From contig CATQHZ020000001.1 of NCBI GenBank assembly GCA_958296135.2, positions 416,001 through 480,000 on the forward strand: 64,000 bases of DNA, in the 5' to 3' direction. Source of the DNA: an uncultured Poribacteria bacterium (GTDB lineage: Bacteria; Poribacteria; WGA-4E; WGA-3G). The translations under genes were made by a program, and so were the position numbers. Positions 30,505-41,896 of the stretch are shown here, piece by piece. The first letter of the stretch is position 1; each line of letters begins with the position of its first letter. The notes under the pieces are model-generated. The model was not told where the DNA came from. It worked only from the letters and a program-made list of their open reading frames with translations, and made no database searches.

Positions 30505-31548
30505 ATGATTAAAATCTCGCACCTACTCGTCATCTTCACAATAACACTGTGTCTGCCCGTTTCTGCCGAGTTTGAGATTCGCCTATTTGATGGCGCATCG
30601 CAAATGACACCGCCCTACGAGCTCATTTCTGGCAAAAGTTACCGACTCGTGTCAGTGTCAGCCGATGGACGGCGTGTGCCTGTCCGCTGGTTTCTCTCTG
30701 GAAACTTAGGCAAGATTTCGGCGGAGCCACCCGTGTTTGCTGCGGTGTTTGTCGGCGAGGGGATGCTTATCGCGGAGGGCCCCTCTATTACGCGGACAGC
30801 GCGGATTAAAATTGTCCCAGCCGCTCAAACTATCGGAATTGCAGGTGGAACTTTCAGTAGTCCTGCTGGTGTAGAGATAGTGTTTCCGCCGGATGCTTTC
30901 TTGACGCCGCAACGGATATCGGCAGAGATTATCGCGCCGCCGGGGCCGCCCTTATCGGCAACTCATCGGCTCGTCCGCGTTATTCGGCTGTCTCCTGACA
31001 AACTCGTTTTGAAACGTCCGGCACAGTTACGATTTGCGCATAACGCGGCGATGCTGCTCTCCGGTCAGGTTGCGACACCTCAAATCTATTTTTGGGAACT
31101 CTATGAGAAAAAATGGGTGCGGCTGAGCAGCAGGGTTGATGCACGCCATGGCACCGTGACTACCTCAATGAATCACTTGGGCATTTATACTTTGATGGCA
31201 CCCGACATCAAGGTTCCGCGTGCTAGCCGTCTCACAATTGAGAACGTGGTGCTTTCGCCGCGCGTCTTTTTCGCGCCCGATACGCATCACCTCACGATAA
31301 CCTATCACCTGAACGCGCGGGATGCTGTCCAAGCCTTGGTTACGATGGATATCTTCGATTTGCGCGACCGGCGGGTTCGGCGGCTTATTGAGAATGCGCC
31401 TTGCTATACAGGCCCCAACGTTGCGCAGTGGGATGGTTTGACAGATGATGGCATTCTCGTGCGCAATGGGCGATATATCCTGATTATTCATGCGAGGGCG
31501 GCTTCCCAACATGCGGTTGCGCGGCAGTTGATTGTGGTTTTTAAATAG
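30505..31548 (+). CDS. Secreted protein with ZU5-like and C-terminal FlgD-Ig-like domains
   Basis: Signal peptide MIKISHLLVIFTITLCLPVSA; IFDLRDRRVRRL...WDG.TDDG..V.NGRY. Confidence 0.75.
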   Translation: MIKISHLLVIFTITLCLPVSAEFEIRLFDGASQMTPPYELISGKSYRLVSVSADGRRVPVRWFLSGNLGKISAEPPVFAAVFVGEGMLIAEGPSITRTARIKIVPAAQTIGIAGGTFSSPAGVEIVFPPDAFLTPQRISAEIIAPPGPPLSATHRLVRVIRLSPDKLVLKRPAQLRFAHNAAMLLSGQVATPQIYFWELYEKKWVRLSSRVDARHGTVTTSMNHLGIYTLMAPDIKVPRASRLTIENVVLSPRVFFAPDTHHLTITYHLNARDAVQALVTMDIFDLRDRRVRRLIENAPCYTGPNVAQWDGLTDDGILVRNGRYILIIHARAASQHAVARQLIVVFK

Positions 31549-31816
31549 AAAGAGTTTGCGTGGGCTAAATCCCGTAGGCGCGGTTTGTAACTGCGCGAGC
31601 CACTGTTGAAATTGCCATGAATGTGAACAGGAGGTATTTCATCGTTAGAGCGATTTGTCTGAATGCTCGCGTTTCTGCTGCTGATAGCTGAGATATTTTA
31701 CAATTTCTGCCCGCGTTTGTCAAGAGAAAATAAAAACCGCCCGCGGGACGGCTATTGACGGACGTGGGAGGGTTATGGAAAAAAGTGAAAACAACATGCG
31801 CGACTGACAACAAAAC

Positions 31817-31846
31817 TTGACAAAATTCTGCATAACGTGATAAACT
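31817..31846 (+). promoter_or_regulatory. sigma70-like promoter
   Basis: TTGACA-18-TAAACT upstream of 31874. Confidence 0.55.
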
Positions 31847-31873
31847 AATAAAAAATCAGGAAAGGACAGCAAT

Positions 31874-32986
31874 ATGGCATCACCAACAGATTTAAAAGCA
31901 ATGTTAGCCGCGCCCATCGCCCTGGCACCGAATACCTACCTGCATTTCTATAACGGTGGTAAACTTCGCGCCGAGTTTATGGGCGAACCAAATCCGAAGG
32001 ACGACTATTACTCCGAGGAATGGATTTTCTCGACGAACCGGGCAATTACTCCCGGGAGAGAGAACCCGCCGGACAAAGGCTTGAGCCGTATCCAACTCCC
32101 GAGCGGTGAAGTGGTTCTACTGAAGGGGTTGTTGGACGCGTTCCCCGAAGAGACGCTCGGCACTGCGCATGTCGCTAAATACGGCACCGACTTGGGCGTG
32201 CTGCTCAAGATTTTTGATGTCGGTGAGGGGGCGCATATCCCTATCCACTGGCATCCGAATCCGGAATTTGCGCTGGAACACCTCGACTCGCCGTTCGGCA
32301 AGAATGAGGCGTGGATTTTGATTGGTACACGCCCCGGTGCGAAGGCGTGGATAGGCTGGAAGGAAGCTATCGACAAGGCAGACTTCCGCCGCTTGATGGA
32401 AGCACAGGACGTGCAAACGCTGCGCAGCCTGATGCATGTCGTCGAACCGAAGGTGGGCGAGGTCTACTTCTTACGCACCCCCATCGTCCATTCGCTTGGC
32501 ACAGGGCTCTGCGTTTTGGAACCGCAAGAACCCACCGATTGGAACATTCTCGCCGAGTGGGAAGGCTTCCCGTATGACAGAGAAGATGGACACCTCGGCC
32601 TCGGATGGGAGCTGGCTGTCGATGCTGCTGAATTCGATAAGTTGGAATTGGACTATCTCAACAACTACATTCGGCGCACGCCCGCGCTCGTCAGGGAAGA
32701 AGGTGACAACCGCGAAGACCGGATTGTGCCAGAGGCGGCATCACAATACTTCGGATGTTCCCGATTGACGGTGGCTTCGACACTCAGCATGCCCGCCGGC
32801 AAAGGCTTCTATTGTCTTGTCACATTAGGCGGCGAGGGCAAATTGCAGGGGCCTTTTGATGATGTCCCGCTTCGCCGTGGCAAATCCGTTTTCATTCCGC
32901 GCTGCTTATCGGGGTATGAAATCGTCAGCACCGGTGACGCTTCGATGGAGATTATTTGCTGCTACCCGCCGACGGTTGCCGAGTAA
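31874..32986 (+). CDS. Mannose-6-phosphate isomerase class I-like cupin
   Basis: SEEW, LLKIFD, IHWHP, GKNEAW, HSLG, EPQEPTD. Confidence 0.8.
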   Translation: MASPTDLKAMLAAPIALAPNTYLHFYNGGKLRAEFMGEPNPKDDYYSEEWIFSTNRAITPGRENPPDKGLSRIQLPSGEVVLLKGLLDAFPEETLGTAHVAKYGTDLGVLLKIFDVGEGAHIPIHWHPNPEFALEHLDSPFGKNEAWILIGTRPGAKAWIGWKEAIDKADFRRLMEAQDVQTLRSLMHVVEPKVGEVYFLRTPIVHSLGTGLCVLEPQEPTDWNILAEWEGFPYDREDGHLGLGWELAVDAAEFDKLELDYLNNYIRRTPALVREEGDNREDRIVPEAASQYFGCSRLTVASTLSMPAGKGFYCLVTLGGEGKLQGPFDDVPLRRGKSVFIPRCLSGYEIVSTGDASMEIICCYPPTVAE

Positions 32987-33062
32987 GCGGGGCCTCCCAG
33001 TCCCGATACGGTAGCGCGCGATTTGCCCAGACCGCGCAGAAAAGAGATACGCGCCTTGTGAG

Positions 33063-34289
33063 GTGCCGGTGGACACTAAAGATTTCAAAGCACCCAAACC
33101 GAGTCCGCTCGCGATGGCGGTGGCGCGAGCTGTCATGCCGCTCATCAATCGGTGGTACCTGAAGGGGCTAACGCTAGACATCAATGCGGAATCGATGGCG
33201 CGCCTAAAAACGACTAGCGGGTACCCGACGGTTTTCGCGCCGAACCACGCGGCGCACGCAGACCCGGCCGTCATGTTCCTCTTGTCAAAACGGCTCTCAC
33301 AGGCGTTTTACTATATGACAGCGCGGGAGACTTTTGACACTGGGAGTTTCGGGGCAATCCGCAGTTTTCTGATGCAACACCTCGGTGCGTATTCCATTGT
33401 GCGCGGCACGGCGGATAGAAACGCGTTCCGCACTACAAGGCAACTGCTCGTCAACGGGGCGGGCCCGCTCGTCATCTTCGCAGAAGGCGAAATCTCCCGG
33501 CAGAATGACACCGTCATGCGCTTTGAGAGAGGCATCACACAACTCTGTTTTTGGGCCCTGGAGGATATGAAAAAGGCGGGCATCGGCAAACCGCTCTATG
33601 TCGTGCCGCTCGGAATCAAGTATGGCTATACCCACGATATGTGGGACACAATTGACACCGCGCTCACGCAATTAGAGCGAGAGATTTTGCCGCCGGCAGA
33701 ACGCACGCCGGTTGAACGTTATGAACGGTTGCGCAGAATCGGCGTGGAGATTTTGTCAACGCTGACGAAGGAGTATCACGCGCACCTTGCAACGGGAACC
33801 CTGGAGGCGCAAATTCAAGAATTGAAGGAGCATATCCTTGCACACGCGGAAAACATCATGGGCATCCACTCCGATGCTGATGTGCTTACCCGCGTCCGTG
33901 CCTTGAAAAACCTCGTTGATGCCGAGGTCTACCGAGACGTTGAGCAGATGATGGCGTATGAACGGCAGGTGCATGAACAACAACTTCAGAAATTCCAGTT
34001 ATTCTATCCAGATCTGGAACGGTTGATTAATTTTATCGCGATTTCCGATGGATACGTTGCTGAAGAACCGTCACCTGAACGATTTCTTGAGGTGATTAGC
34101 CGATTTGAAAGGGAGGTTTTTGGCACGTCGAAAATGCGCGGACCGCGCATCGCTTCCATCCGGGTTGGCGAACCTAAAAACCTCGCAGCGTGTTACGATA
34201 TCTATAGCACTCAGAAAAGAGAGACGGTGGAGAAAATCACGCTTGAACTGGAAACAGCAGTTCAGCAGCTCATCTCCGATGGCTTGTAA
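33063..34289 (+). CDS. Phospholipid/glycerol acyltransferase
   Basis: NHAAHAD (HxxxxD), IFAEG, VPLGIKY. Confidence 0.85.
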   Translation: MPVDTKDFKAPKPSPLAMAVARAVMPLINRWYLKGLTLDINAESMARLKTTSGYPTVFAPNHAAHADPAVMFLLSKRLSQAFYYMTARETFDTGSFGAIRSFLMQHLGAYSIVRGTADRNAFRTTRQLLVNGAGPLVIFAEGEISRQNDTVMRFERGITQLCFWALEDMKKAGIGKPLYVVPLGIKYGYTHDMWDTIDTALTQLEREILPPAERTPVERYERLRRIGVEILSTLTKEYHAHLATGTLEAQIQELKEHILAHAENIMGIHSDADVLTRVRALKNLVDAEVYRDVEQMMAYERQVHEQQLQKFQLFYPDLERLINFIAISDGYVAEEPSPERFLEVISRFEREVFGTSKMRGPRIASIRVGEPKNLAACYDIYSTQKRETVEKITLELETAVQQLISDGL

Positions 34290-34419
34290 AGGTAACGTCG
34301 GGACAGATGTCGTTCATAACCATACGCTATCATAGAGCGAAGGTTTGTCCCTCACCGTACACCGAGTTGTAAGGACGGATGCATATATCCGCCCGTGAGT
34401 TAACGAAAGGAAACAAAAC

Positions 34420-35334
34420 ATGGCAAAAAAATTGTCTATTGGTAGTTGGGCTTACACTTTTGGCCCTTATGAAGATAACCCCGTGCCGTTTGACACCGTC
34501 GTCAAACGTCTCAGCGAACTTGAATTTGATGGCGTGGAAATCGGCGCGTTCAAACCGCACATTGACATCAACGACTACCCGATGAAAAGCGACCGGGATG
34601 CCGTCAAAGCACTCATCGCCTCCCACGGCTTGGAAGTCTCCGGGCTCGCCGCTGACTTCTGGTCGCACCCCGGTCCCGCCACGGACGAGGCGCAAGAGGA
34701 CGACAGATACTTTAAGTTGTTCAAGGCGAACCTCCAACTGGCCTTGGACCTCGGTTCCCCTGCCATCCGCGTTGATACCGTTACCGATGCCGAGGCAGAA
34801 ATTCCCGGCGTAGACAGGGAGACAGCCTGGGCTCGGATTGTCTCTGTGTGGCGACGCTGCGCGCAAGTTGCGGAAGACCACGGTGTCCTCATGCTCTGGG
34901 AGTTTGAGCCCGGCTTCATGTTCAACAAACCGAGCGAGATTATCGCGATGCCGCAAGCGGTAGCTCATCCCAATTTCAAGGTGATGTTCGACACGTGCCA
35001 TGCACAGATGTGTGCTGTTGTCGGCGCGCGGCAGGTAGGCGAGCCGGAGACACTCGGCGATAACGGCGTAGTCGATCTGGCGCGGCAGCTCAAGGGACAG
35101 ATTGGGCACTTCCACCTTATCGACTCCGATAACACGTTGCACGGCGATGAGACGAGCACGCACGCGCCGTTTGGGCAAGGCGTGCTTGACTTTGACGCAA
35201 TCATCCCTGTCATTATGGAAGAGACCGGCTACGATGGCGACTGGTTCTCCATCGATCTCTGCTTCTGGCCGGGTGCATGGGAAGTGACAGAGAACGCGAA
35301 GAAGTTCCTCACGCCGTATTTGGAACGGTATTAG
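34420..35334 (+). CDS. Sugar phosphate isomerase/epimerase (xylose isomerase-like TIM barrel)
   Basis: FDGVEI, EFEPG, FDTCH, HFHLID, HAPFGQG.LDF. Confidence 0.85.
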   Translation: MAKKLSIGSWAYTFGPYEDNPVPFDTVVKRLSELEFDGVEIGAFKPHIDINDYPMKSDRDAVKALIASHGLEVSGLAADFWSHPGPATDEAQEDDRYFKLFKANLQLALDLGSPAIRVDTVTDAEAEIPGVDRETAWARIVSVWRRCAQVAEDHGVLMLWEFEPGFMFNKPSEIIAMPQAVAHPNFKVMFDTCHAQMCAVVGARQVGEPETLGDNGVVDLARQLKGQIGHFHLIDSDNTLHGDETSTHAPFGQGVLDFDAIIPVIMEETGYDGDWFSIDLCFWPGAWEVTENAKKFLTPYLERY

Positions 35335-35426
35335 ATGCAGTTACCGCGGTAGGGGCGGTTTGCAGCGCACCGCAAGCCTGCGCGCTTACAACGCGCGTCT
35401 ACAGGGAATTAAAAGGGACCGGAAAC

Positions 35427-36281
35427 ATGCTCAACCTGCGTTCAATAGATGCCCTGCTTGAACTCGCGTTCGCGGAGGACATCGGCATCGGCGACATCAC
35501 TACCGAGGCGACAGTTCCGCCTTCTCAACAGGGAGTCGGGACAATCGTTGCCAAGAGCGGTGGTGTTGTCGCCGGGCTGCCTGTTGCGGCGCGCGTTTTT
35601 GAGAAGCTAGATGCGACGCTCGCCTTTCGCGCGCTGGTTAACGATGGCGATGAAGTTGTTGCAGGCACCCGAATCGCCGAGGTGCAGGGCAGTGCGAAGA
35701 CAATCCTGCTCGGCGAGCGGAGCGCGCTCAACTTCCTCCAGCGGCTGTCTGGTATCGCCACGCTCACCGCGCAATTTGTTAACGCTGTCGCGGACTACAC
35801 TGTCAAAATAGTGGATACGCGGAAGACAGCGGCGGGGTGGCGCGCTGTGCAGAAATACGCCGTGCGCGTCGGCGGTGGGTATAACCACCGCTTCGGGCTT
35901 TTCGATGGCGTGTTGATTAAGGATAATCACATCGTCGCTGCCGGTGGCATTGCAAATGCGGTGCAGCAGGCGCGCGAGGTTGTCCCGCATACTGGAAGGA
36001 TTGAGGTGGAGGTAGAGACAGCGGCGCAGGTAGAGGAAGCCCTGGAAGCGGGTGCGGATATCTTACTGCTTGATAACATGTCCGTTTCGCTCATGCGGCG
36101 CGCCGTTGAACAGATTGGCGGCAGAGCTGTCACGGAGGCATCCGGCGGCATCACCCTGGAACGGGTGCGGGAAGTTGCGGCAACCGGTGTCAATTTCATC
36201 TCTGTCGGTGCGTTGACGCATTCTGCTATGCCGCTGGATATCAGTTTGACGCTTTTTCGTCTGTCGCAATGCGTTGGTTGA
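35427..36281 (+). CDS. nadC: Nicotinate-nucleotide pyrophosphorylase
   Basis: EDIG.GDITT, ERSALN.LQRLSGIAT, DTRKT, HRFGL, IKDNH, EVEVE, LLDNM. Confidence 0.96.
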   Translation: MLNLRSIDALLELAFAEDIGIGDITTEATVPPSQQGVGTIVAKSGGVVAGLPVAARVFEKLDATLAFRALVNDGDEVVAGTRIAEVQGSAKTILLGERSALNFLQRLSGIATLTAQFVNAVADYTVKIVDTRKTAAGWRAVQKYAVRVGGGYNHRFGLFDGVLIKDNHIVAAGGIANAVQQAREVVPHTGRIEVEVETAAQVEEALEAGADILLLDNMSVSLMRRAVEQIGGRAVTEASGGITLERVREVAATGVNFISVGALTHSAMPLDISLTLFRLSQCVG

Positions 36282-36559
36282 GTTGCTGCGGTGAAGAAGC
36301 CCTTGGCTTACCGGGCCGTCTTGCCGTTGTCAAGACTTGCATATCTTGGGATGCCAAGACAGAACCACCACGCTTGGGAATCGGCGCATTGTTCTCGGTT
36401 CCCAGTTGACAAAGGATTTGAAAGCAAACGAAACATCTGAATAGAGCAGAAATGGGATAGACGCGAAAACGTCGTAATGTCCGTAGGCGCTGTTTGTCAC
36501 CGCGCCTCCGGGGGGACGTTCGGCGGCTATCCTGACGATAAAAAAAGGAATTTAGGGCT

Positions 36560-37465
36560 ATGCTAACCATTGAACCCACCAAAACGAAACTGGGTTGGAT
36601 CGGCACCGGTGTCATGGGACGCTGGATGTGCCAACACTTGATGGATTTGGGCTATGCGATGTCCGTTTACAATCGCACCAAAGCGAAGGCGGAGCCGCTC
36701 ATTGAAGCGGGCGCGACGTGGGCAGATTCGCCGAGTGAAGTCGCCGCCGCATCCGATGTCATCTTCACGATTGTCGGGTTTCCGCCGGATGTGCGCGAGG
36801 TATACCTCGGCGAGAACGGTATTTTAAAGGGCGCGAAGCGGGGCAGCATCATCGTTGATATGACGACGACGGAGCCTTCTCTCGCGCAAGAGATTTACGT
36901 CGCGGCGCAGGAACAGGGTGTCTTATCAGTGGATGCCCCCGTTTCGGGTGGCGATGTCGGTGCGCGGGAGGCACGCCTCTCCATCATGGTAGGCGGTGAT
37001 GTGGATGCCGTGCGCGCGGTGATGCCGCTCTTCTCGGCGATGGGAAAGAACATCGTCCATCAAGGTGGCGCGGGCGCGGGACAGCACACCAAGATGTGCA
37101 ATCAGATTACCATCTCCGGCACGATGATAGGTGTCTGCGAGGGGTTGCTTTACGGCTACAAAGCCGGGTTGGATTTGGAGACGATGTTGTCGTCGATTAG
37201 TGGTGGCGCGGCGGCGTGCTGGTCCCTCGACAATTTAGCACCGCGCGTCCTGAAACGTGACTTTGACCCGGGTTTCTTCGTGGAGCATTTCATCAAGGAC
37301 ATGAGCATCGCCTTAGACGAGGCGCGCAAGATGCATTTGAGTTTACCGGGGCTTGCGTTAGTGCATCAGCTCTATACTGCGGTTCAGGCGCAGGGGCACG
37401 GCCGTCTCGGCACGCAGGCGTTGCTGTTGGCCTTGGAGCAGATGTCTGGGGCGGAGGTGAAGTAG
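36560..37465 (+). CDS. 3-hydroxyisobutyrate dehydrogenase/GarR-family NAD(P) oxidoreductase
   Basis: [30 protein letters not shown]. Confidence 0.92.
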   Translation: MLTIEPTKTKLGWIGTGVMGRWMCQHLMDLGYAMSVYNRTKAKAEPLIEAGATWADSPSEVAAASDVIFTIVGFPPDVREVYLGENGILKGAKRGSIIVDMTTTEPSLAQEIYVAAQEQGVLSVDAPVSGGDVGAREARLSIMVGGDVDAVRAVMPLFSAMGKNIVHQGGAGAGQHTKMCNQITISGTMIGVCEGLLYGYKAGLDLETMLSSISGGAAACWSLDNLAPRVLKRDFDPGFFVEHFIKDMSIALDEARKMHLSLPGLALVHQLYTAVQAQGHGRLGTQALLLALEQMSGAEVK

Positions 37466-37729
37466 GGTCCCTCTATTTACCGTAGGGCGAGGGCCTGTCT
37501 CTCGCCCTAAGTTTAGTGGTATTCGTTGCCTTGATTTATGCAGTCTTTTTGAAATATGAAAGGCTCGCGATTAATACCAATGTAGTTCGGGCTCGCAATT
37601 CTCCGGTGTTAGTGACATCGGGAGCCCGGACGGTCAAAATCGCTTGGCAATGTGCCAGAGTTTCAGACGAGTTTGACCTACGGCCGCGATTCGATTCAAC
37701 TTCATTTCATATAACAAGGAGCTAGGGAT

Positions 37730-39616
37730 ATGCCCGAAATGATTCCCCCCAAAATTTCTGACGATGCTCCGATGTCGGAAAAAATCATTTTTGAGAACCT
37801 CAAGAGAGCACCTCATGCCAGAAGTTGGGTGGTGCTTCATTCACAATCCGTGAAAAATCCCAAAAGTCCTGCAAGACCGCGCGAGATTGACTTCGTGATC
37901 CTCGATGCAGATAACTGCTCTGTCATCTGCCTTGAGGCAAAAGGCGGAGGCTACGAAATCAACGAAGGGAGATGGTATAGTCTGCCTCAGCGCGTTGAGG
38001 TTCAACCGCCGCCCCAACAGTCCCGAAGTGCGATGTTTGCGTTGAAGAATGAATTTGATTCCCACTTTGCCTCAAATTCATTGCTTTCGCTTGGGTGCGC
38101 AGTGGCATTCACGGACGGTCAATTCCCCAGGGGCGTGAGGCTACCTCAGGAAGCATTGATAATCGAAAGATATGTTGCCCGGAACCCTGATAAACTGGGG
38201 AACATGTTAAAGGATTATGCCACCGAGCTGCCGCCACAATCTGTGAGGGCTCTACTTAGTACTAATCCTGAGAAATCAAGGGAAGCATTGGAGTCCCTAG
38301 ATCAACTGCGGACTACCTTGGAGGGCAGTGGAGAGGTGATCGAACCGGACAAGATAGACGCTTCCGAATTAGCGACTTACCGCGCGTTGTTGCTGCGGTT
38401 GACAACCGATCAACTTAACAGCTTGAAACTAACCAAGCAGAATCACCGTTGTGTGATTGATGGCGCGGCAGGTACCGGCAAAACCGTCCTCGCCATGGAA
38501 CTCGCCAAACAGCGTTGCGAGGAGGGTGAAATCGTCGCCCTACTGTGCAGCAACCGAAATCTGAGCGAGCGTTTTGAGGTCTGGGCGGAAAATTTTTGGG
38601 GTGCGATTGTAGCAGGCACGCCCGCGACCCTGCCGCTTCGGGCTTTCAGTGAAGATTCAGTTTTCGCAGATCCAACTTTTGCGGAGAAGCACCAGCGGAG
38701 ATTAGAAAATTCCCCGAATCTCGAAGGTTCGCTGAAGTTCGGTTATCTGGATGACCAGTGGGAACAGTTCGTAGACGAGACGGTTGAAGCCCTGAGCAAG
38801 AAGGGCATTTTCGACTATCTGATTGTCGACGAGGCACAGAATCTGTGCGATCCAATGTTCCTTAAACTGATGGACGCGCTGCTGAAAGACGGATTGGCTG
38901 GGGGACGCTGGACAATGTTTGGCGATTTCACCCACCAAGATATCGTCTACCCGACTGAACTCGGCAGAAAGGGAACGGATGTGCTGGCGGACTTTGGACT
39001 CTATTGGGCCAACGACCGGCTGGAAACCAACTGCCGAAATACAGAGGAGATAGCCACTAAAGTTGCGATGTTGGTTGACATTGAAGTTCCGCCGAGGTCT
39101 GGTGTATACGGGCCGCACGTTCAAATCAAATACTTCAATTCGCAGGAAGATTTGGAAGATCTGTTGGAGAATTTTCTATCTAATTGGCAAGATGCAAATT
39201 TCCATCCTGAGCAAATCATCCTGCTGTCCAGTGGCATCGGCAACGAGTTTGATACCGCGCGCGAGTACGCTGGTTGGAAACCTCGCAACATACGGGAAAT
39301 TTCAGAGGCAGATCTTAAGTACGCGGAAGGGGTTGTGATTCCTAGCGGTTCCTCTCTCAGGAATACGCTCAGGTACAGCGATGTCTATGACTTCCAGGGG
39401 CTGGAAAGCGATGTGGTTCTCCTAGTTCTTCCAGACAACGAGGATATGGTTGTTTTAGAAGGCGGCATTGCTATTCCTCGCGAAAAACACCTGAGCAGGC
39501 TTCTCTATACAGGCATGAGCCGTGCAAAGGCAATGCTCGTCGTCGTTGCTCATAAAAACTACCAGAGCACTTTGGAGTCGCGCGAGGCGTTGTATCGTAT
39601 ACTAAAACGCGTCTAA
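37730..39616 (+). CDS. NERD nuclease fused to SF1 (UvrD-like) helicase
   Basis: EIDFV...CLEAKGG; GAAGTGKT; IVDEAQ; NCRNT; FQGLESD; LYTGMSRA. Confidence 0.88.
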   Translation: MPEMIPPKISDDAPMSEKIIFENLKRAPHARSWVVLHSQSVKNPKSPARPREIDFVILDADNCSVICLEAKGGGYEINEGRWYSLPQRVEVQPPPQQSRSAMFALKNEFDSHFASNSLLSLGCAVAFTDGQFPRGVRLPQEALIIERYVARNPDKLGNMLKDYATELPPQSVRALLSTNPEKSREALESLDQLRTTLEGSGEVIEPDKIDASELATYRALLLRLTTDQLNSLKLTKQNHRCVIDGAAGTGKTVLAMELAKQRCEEGEIVALLCSNRNLSERFEVWAENFWGAIVAGTPATLPLRAFSEDSVFADPTFAEKHQRRLENSPNLEGSLKFGYLDDQWEQFVDETVEALSKKGIFDYLIVDEAQNLCDPMFLKLMDALLKDGLAGGRWTMFGDFTHQDIVYPTELGRKGTDVLADFGLYWANDRLETNCRNTEEIATKVAMLVDIEVPPRSGVYGPHVQIKYFNSQEDLEDLLENFLSNWQDANFHPEQIILLSSGIGNEFDTAREYAGWKPRNIREISEADLKYAEGVVIPSGSSLRNTLRYSDVYDFQGLESDVVLLVLPDNEDMVVLEGGIAIPREKHLSRLLYTGMSRAKAMLVVVAHKNYQSTLESREALYRILKRV

Positions 39617-39714
39617 AAAACCGTAGGATGCTATTGAACCTGCCCCAAAACCTGGGGTAGGTTCTTCTGCAGCAGGTTTCGTGATGGTAGGCAGGCTAAA
39701 GGAACCTCAGTCCG

Positions 39715-40833
39715 CTATGTCCGATTCGCGAGATTTTCAAGATGTTGCTGGATCTTAGCTGAGTCTTCGTATCCAAAACTCATAGCTAGTTTGAAACATC
39801 TCGCAGCCGAAACCCCATCGTTCTGGAATAGTGCGTGCACTCCGGCATAGTAGAAGCCTGCAGGATTTTTATCTGGATTGTCAATCATATGGATCAAAAA
39901 GTCGGCAAGGTTTTTACCCTGTGGAATGCCAATTACGCTGGCCAATAGGTTAATAGCCCCGTTAACCGCATCCTGGCCTTTAATGAACTTGTACATTTTG
40001 TGGTTAACGAAGTCTGTCTGATAGTTAGGACAGCGTCTAACTGCGTTATCGTAGTCCTCAATGGCTCTCATGCGCTTACCCATCACGCGATATAAGTCGC
40101 CTCTGCTGACGTAGAGTGGGGCGTGGTTAGGCTTGAGACTGATGGCCTTGTTGTAGTTCCGGAGGGCACTGTCATAATCGCCCTTGGCGGCATAGGTATA
40201 CCCCATGCCATCGTAAGTTGTGGCAAAGTTGGGATTGCGTCTGATAGCCTTGTTGAAGTCTACGATAGCCTTGTCAGATTCGCCTTTAAAAGCGTAGGCC
40301 CATCCCCTTCTAGTATAGGCGGTTGCATAGTCGGGATTGATGCTGAGGGCCTTGGTGCAGTCTTCAATAGCTAGCCCATAATCGCCTTCGCGCGAGTGGA
40401 CATACGCCCGGTTAATATAGGCAGTGGGATAGTTGGGCCGGAGAGCGATAGCCTTGCTATAATCGGCGATGGCCTTGTCGGATTCGCCTTTCGCAGCATA
40501 AGCGAATCCCCTGTTATTATAGAGGCCAACATCGTTGGGATCGATCTGAAGTCCCCTATTGTAGTCTTTGATAGACCCGTCATAATAGCCTCTGTGCGAA
40601 TAACTGTATCCCCTCTCTCTATAGGTTGTGGCATCGTTGGGGTCGATGCTAAGGGCCTTGGTGAAGTCCTTGATAGCCTTATCATGGTCCCCTTTGGCCG
40701 CGTAGGCAGATGCTCTGAACTTGTAGGCTTCAGCATTCTCGGAGTTCACCCGGATTGCCTCGTCGAAGGCCGCGATAGCTTTATCATAATCGCCGTTTTC
40801 AGGGTTGTCAAGGTTGAAAGTTTTGTTGTGCAC
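39715..40833 (-). CDS. Tetratricopeptide-repeat protein
   Basis: About seven 34-aa repeats of the form AY..RG.AY..KG.YD.AI.DY.KA....P. Confidence 0.92.
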   Translation of the reverse strand: MHNKTFNLDNPENGDYDKAIAAFDEAIRVNSENAEAYKFRASAYAAKGDHDKAIKDFTKALSIDPNDATTYRERGYSYSHRGYYDGSIKDYNRGLQIDPNDVGLYNNRGFAYAAKGESDKAIADYSKAIALRPNYPTAYINRAYVHSREGDYGLAIEDCTKALSINPDYATAYTRRGWAYAFKGESDKAIVDFNKAIRRNPNFATTYDGMGYTYAAKGDYDSALRNYNKAISLKPNHAPLYVSRGDLYRVMGKRMRAIEDYDNAVRRCPNYQTDFVNHKMYKFIKGQDAVNGAINLLASVIGIPQGKNLADFLIHMIDNPDKNPAGFYYAGVHALFQNDGVSAARCFKLAMSFGYEDSAKIQQHLENLANRT

Positions 40834-41242
40834 TCAGGAGTCTCCTTATCTAGTGGAACATAGGTTGTGAACTACATTGCACAAGAGCCCTATTTCCTCA
40901 CTAACATTTGTTTGAGATCGGGAAATCTCAAACTACAGAAGGGGGAGAACTGAATCACTCTGGCATCATTGCCATTCAGGCTCGTCAAGGCTGCCATTTC
41001 CTCCGCGGTGATAGCGTTCGTTTCTTCGCGGCCGCGGTTCGTCTCAATGCCGATGTGAAGGGCCCCTCTGCCTTACCGAGCGCGGTTTGGATAACAGCAC
41101 GGAGAGCCGGATCTGGGATATCGACGGTTTGTGCCATTGCGATTAACGGCACGAACTCCTGATTTTTGGTGAGTGCGCGTTGCCCGCGCGCCCACCGTGT
41201 TCGCTTTTTTTAACGCGCGGCGGGCGTGCCCGCGGATTGAAC

Positions 41243-41896
41243 CTACCCGAAGAAAATTGTCTTGATGATATAGAGGAGGATAGCCCCGCCAATCCCAAGC
41301 ACTATCCGCTTCATCCACTCGACCTCGGTGCTTAATCTCTCAATCGTTACAGCGAGGGTCCGGATTTCCTTCTGCACTTGATCGAACCGATTATCCGTTT
41401 TGTCAAAGCGCGCATCAACTTTGTTGAATTCGGCATCAACTTTGTCAAAGCGTTTTTCGTAGGGTGCTAAGCAGTCCCTGATGATTTGGACCAGGTCCGC
41501 CGACAACTCCTTGCGGAGCCGTTGGTAAATTTCTTCAATAGAAACAGAGACCTGCGGGTCCGGATTCGGCGAGAACGGCACGGTTTCAGCACGGACATAG
41601 GGGGTATAGGGCCCTCTCGGTTGCTCTAACGTCCCTTCAGCCGCCAACTTCTTAAAGATAGGCATGACGACATCGTAGCGGAACGTTTTGTATCCCGCCC
41701 GGTTCTTCGCGTCTCGCTGTTCGCGCGACAATTGAAAGGTATCAGCCAATGTTACCGCTGCTTCCCCAACCGTCATTCCCTCATGCGGAAATTCCAGATC
41801 GAGAATGGCCGTTTTGACTTCTTCAGGTGCCGGTAGTTTTATCTGGTATTCTTGCCCGGTGGCCGGGTCAAAAGCGGTTTTCGTCACGGTTTTCAT
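41243..41896 (-). CDS. Mrr-N-like winged helix fused to a heptad coiled coil and C-terminal TM helix
   Basis: LADTFQLSREQR...G..TF; SIEEIYQRLRKELSADL; RFDKVDAEFNKVDARFDK repeats; WMKRIVLGIGGAILLYII. Confidence 0.65.
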   Translation of the reverse strand: MKTVTKTAFDPATGQEYQIKLPAPEEVKTAILDLEFPHEGMTVGEAAVTLADTFQLSREQRDAKNRAGYKTFRYDVVMPIFKKLAAEGTLEQPRGPYTPYVRAETVPFSPNPDPQVSVSIEEIYQRLRKELSADLVQIIRDCLAPYEKRFDKVDAEFNKVDARFDKTDNRFDQVQKEIRTLAVTIERLSTEVEWMKRIVLGIGGAILLYIIKTIFFG

